Source of the DNA: Balanoglossus misakiensis
Lineage: Eukaryota > Animalia > Hemichordata
Direction: 5' to 3'
Length of the DNA: 64,000 bases
NCBI GenBank assembly: GCA_040954595.2
Contig: CM082576.2
Coordinates: 16,787,028 to 16,851,027 of the forward strand
A program made the position numbers and the translations under genes. The notes beneath the pieces are model-generated. The model saw only the letters and a program-made list of their open reading frames with translations, did not search any database and was not told the origin of the DNA. Positions 61,560 through 64,000 of the stretch are shown here, piece by piece; the stretch's first letter is position 1; every line of letters starts with the position of its first letter.

Positions 61560-61567
61560 TTTTTATA
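61560..61567 (-). promoter_or_regulatory. Putative TATA box of the CLCA gene
   Basis: Minus-strand TATAAAAA about 45 nt upstream of the ATG at 61518. Confidence 0.5.
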
Positions 61568-63089
61568 GAGTTGGTGTAAGTGTGGGTGGAGCAATCAACC
61601 ACAAGGAATGACGCTCAAACAAAAAATCCCGCATCTGTGTTGGCTGTCAAAGAAACAAGGTTTGGGGCTATGTCTCCTAAGGAGTCGTCAATGATGCATT
61701 GTAAAAACGTTGCTGAGCAGTAGAGGTATACGGAAAGTAATTAGTATACACTGGTGTGTGCATTTCGGGCTCGTCCGGATTTGCAATAATCATTTTCAAA
61801 ATCGTGAGGTTTAAAACTGGACATCCGCTTTTCAACCGGATAACGGTACGATCACCTAATAGTCTCGTGAATTCGGCCAGTTTGGGGCGTTCTTTTCGCT
61901 TTGGCGGTTAGATTTAAGAGCAAAAGGTAAACATGTCAGCCAATTTTAGGACAATTCAAATGGAAACGGTTAGCTTAAGTCAAAATACGCATTCGTGTCA
62001 AACACTTAGACACGTAGAAAATAATTAAAAATGACCAGAATGCAGCCATAGTTATTGGGGATTTTTTTCTGCTTCAATTTGTGCATGGAACGATAAAGTG
62101 ATTTGGTTTGGCATAAAAACACAAATTAATAAATTAATTGATAAGGATTACAGCAACAAGTCAGATGGCTAAGTTATGCGTACAATGGTTATTTTGCCCA
62201 CTGCAATGTCCGAGGTTATATCGTTACAAGCTGTTCAAATACTTTCACATAAATGCACAGTTCAGTAATGTCTAATTTGACGCCACATTCTTAGACCATA
62301 TTTTCAACATCTTTGTGGTTTTCAGTGATAATGGACATTCCACGTCGGAAAACATGCAATGCGTTTACTGTTGTTGAGCAGTATATTGCAAGACAGGTAA
62401 TTCAGGCAATCAACGCAGTCCACATGTGTGTTTACGGTAATGGTCTACAGGTGGTTTCTCTCGGCTGTCCGGAATGCAATTGCACTGTCAGTCGCATCTC
62501 TATACAGCCATGTAAAGGGTTGTTGCATATGGCTAATATCAATTCTATATTGTTCAAGAATTGTATAGTTTTAACTCTAAAAGTAGGGCGCTGTTTTTCA
62601 TCATTTTCATCGTCCAGCCCTTTTTGTTGGATTCTGGCGAGATCCTCAATATTCACCAAAGAACGCTCAAGGTCACATTAGGTCAGTCGCAAAATGCCCA
62701 GGATCATACCAATATGGGCGAAGACAACTTGTAACGCTGTGATTTCAAAGTTTATTTTAATGAAAAAAAAAACATTTCTGCGCCATTCCATCATACTACA
62801 ATCAGAGAAGTTTAAAAGAAAATGTCTACCTCTTGAACCATCTCCCTGATCCCGCCCCACAATATACACATGTTATACAAATGTTATACCCATATATATC
62901 AGTATAATGCTGTAGCGTAATATTGTATTCTGTTGTTGTAGTAAATGGGAAGCCCGTTGGAATAACTGTCGAAAACCACAGACAGAAGAGTGTAAAACGT
63001 GACGTTTACACACATTGTTCTTGGACTTAACGGAATAAACTCGTGTAAGGAATTCACATTTCTTTGATTTTAAAGTTGAACGTGTCTTA

Positions 63090-63320
63090 GGGACCGTTCA
63101 GTTTTTACGGTTAGGTGGGTGCTGACAAAATCCGAGGGGGGGGGGGGTCACTTAAATTTTGAAATCCAAAAAGGGGGAGAGGTCATATTTTTTTAAACGT
63201 TTAGGGGGGGGTCACATTCTTTTGCCACCGAACTTTTGCTTTTGAGTCCACAAAATTGCAGTTTCGCGCCCTTCATTTAACAAAATTTTCACCCACCCCC
63301 TTCATTCTCCGCCACATTTC
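63090..63320 (-). mobile_element. Truncated third copy (right end, inverted) of the Harbinger-like element
   Basis: tta|gggaccgttcagtttttacgg, followed by the reverse complement of ~52357-52606. Confidence 0.78.
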
Positions 63321-63670
63321 AGCCGTAACGGTACCTGAACGGTAACTGAACGATACCTTATCTGTGCCTGAAATGGAGATGTCATAGCATTACTGTGGTT
63401 TAACCGCACATTTTTGATGCCACATGCTAGTTCAGGGGCCCGTTTTAGCAGTGATATATTGAGTATTTTAGCATCGCTGGATTGAGCTCTTGTCCAATCA
63501 GAATGGCGGAGGGTAGCATGAAATACATGTAATATAATTGTCACTTTGCCATGCGCGATGCCCGTCTTGTCACTTTTTGTCGTCTGCTTCATGTAATACA
63601 GTACTCGATCCCGGCCGCTCGTGTTATATGTCTCGAATTGTACGAAATGCGACGGGGGTTATTGCTTATA

Positions 63671-64000
63671 CAATCTGTCGATCTACAGAGTCTAGCGGAA
63701 AACGTTCTTATGCGCATGTGCATGTTCTACGGATCACAACGGAATATGCAAATGATGAGACGGTGTTTGGAAGCAACCATGGATAATTTGGAACAATCCG
63801 TCGATCAACAGAGTCTAGCGGAAAACGTTCTTATGCGCACAAACCTGATGTGTTCTACGGATCACAACGGAATATGCAAATGATGAGACAGTGTTTGGAA
63901 GCAACCATAGATAATTTAGAACTAACCGTCGATCTACAGAGTCTAGCGGAAAACTTTTTTATTCGCTCAGGCCTGCGTGTTCTATGCATCGCAACGGAAT
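63671..64000. repeat. Tandem repeat, ~123-128-bp unit, at least 2.6 copies, running off the window
   Basis: gagtctagcggaaaac occurs at 63688, 63811 and 63939. Confidence 0.85.

Noticed and set aside
62313-62869. Short ORFs upstream of CLCA
   Set aside because: No recognisable homology or consistent exon structure by eye.

Overview
Eukaryotic (intron-rich, AT-rich, transposon-laden) DNA. Gene and repeat content suggests a marine invertebrate deuterostome such as a hemichordate; this is inference, not proven. Exon chains were reconstructed by hand from splice sites and phases. 1-7 kb: decayed region with an intron-bearing POMGNT1-like pseudogene, a frameshifted TRIM-NHL copy and a tyrosine-recombinase fragment. 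6-16 kb (-): signal peptide + 2 Ig-domain gene whose 3' part looks decayed and possibly adhesion-GPCR-like. 17.3-21.1 kb (-): intact 9-exon proteinase K/aqualysin-type S8A protease with an unusual C-terminal 'CDDG...DCxDCGPR' module. 24.6-33.7 kb (-): full-length but inactivated Ty3/Gypsy element. 37.4-51.0 kb (+): chimeric secreted lectin (2x C-type, (PPTEA)7 linker, F-type) with exon-restricted homogenisation and a nested MITE/CACTA-like/satellite stack in one intron. 52.8-61.5 kb (-): intact 11-exon membrane-anchored CLCA-family gene. Many MITEs, LINE fragments and microsatellites are also present. No CRISPR array, rRNA or tRNA gene was found.
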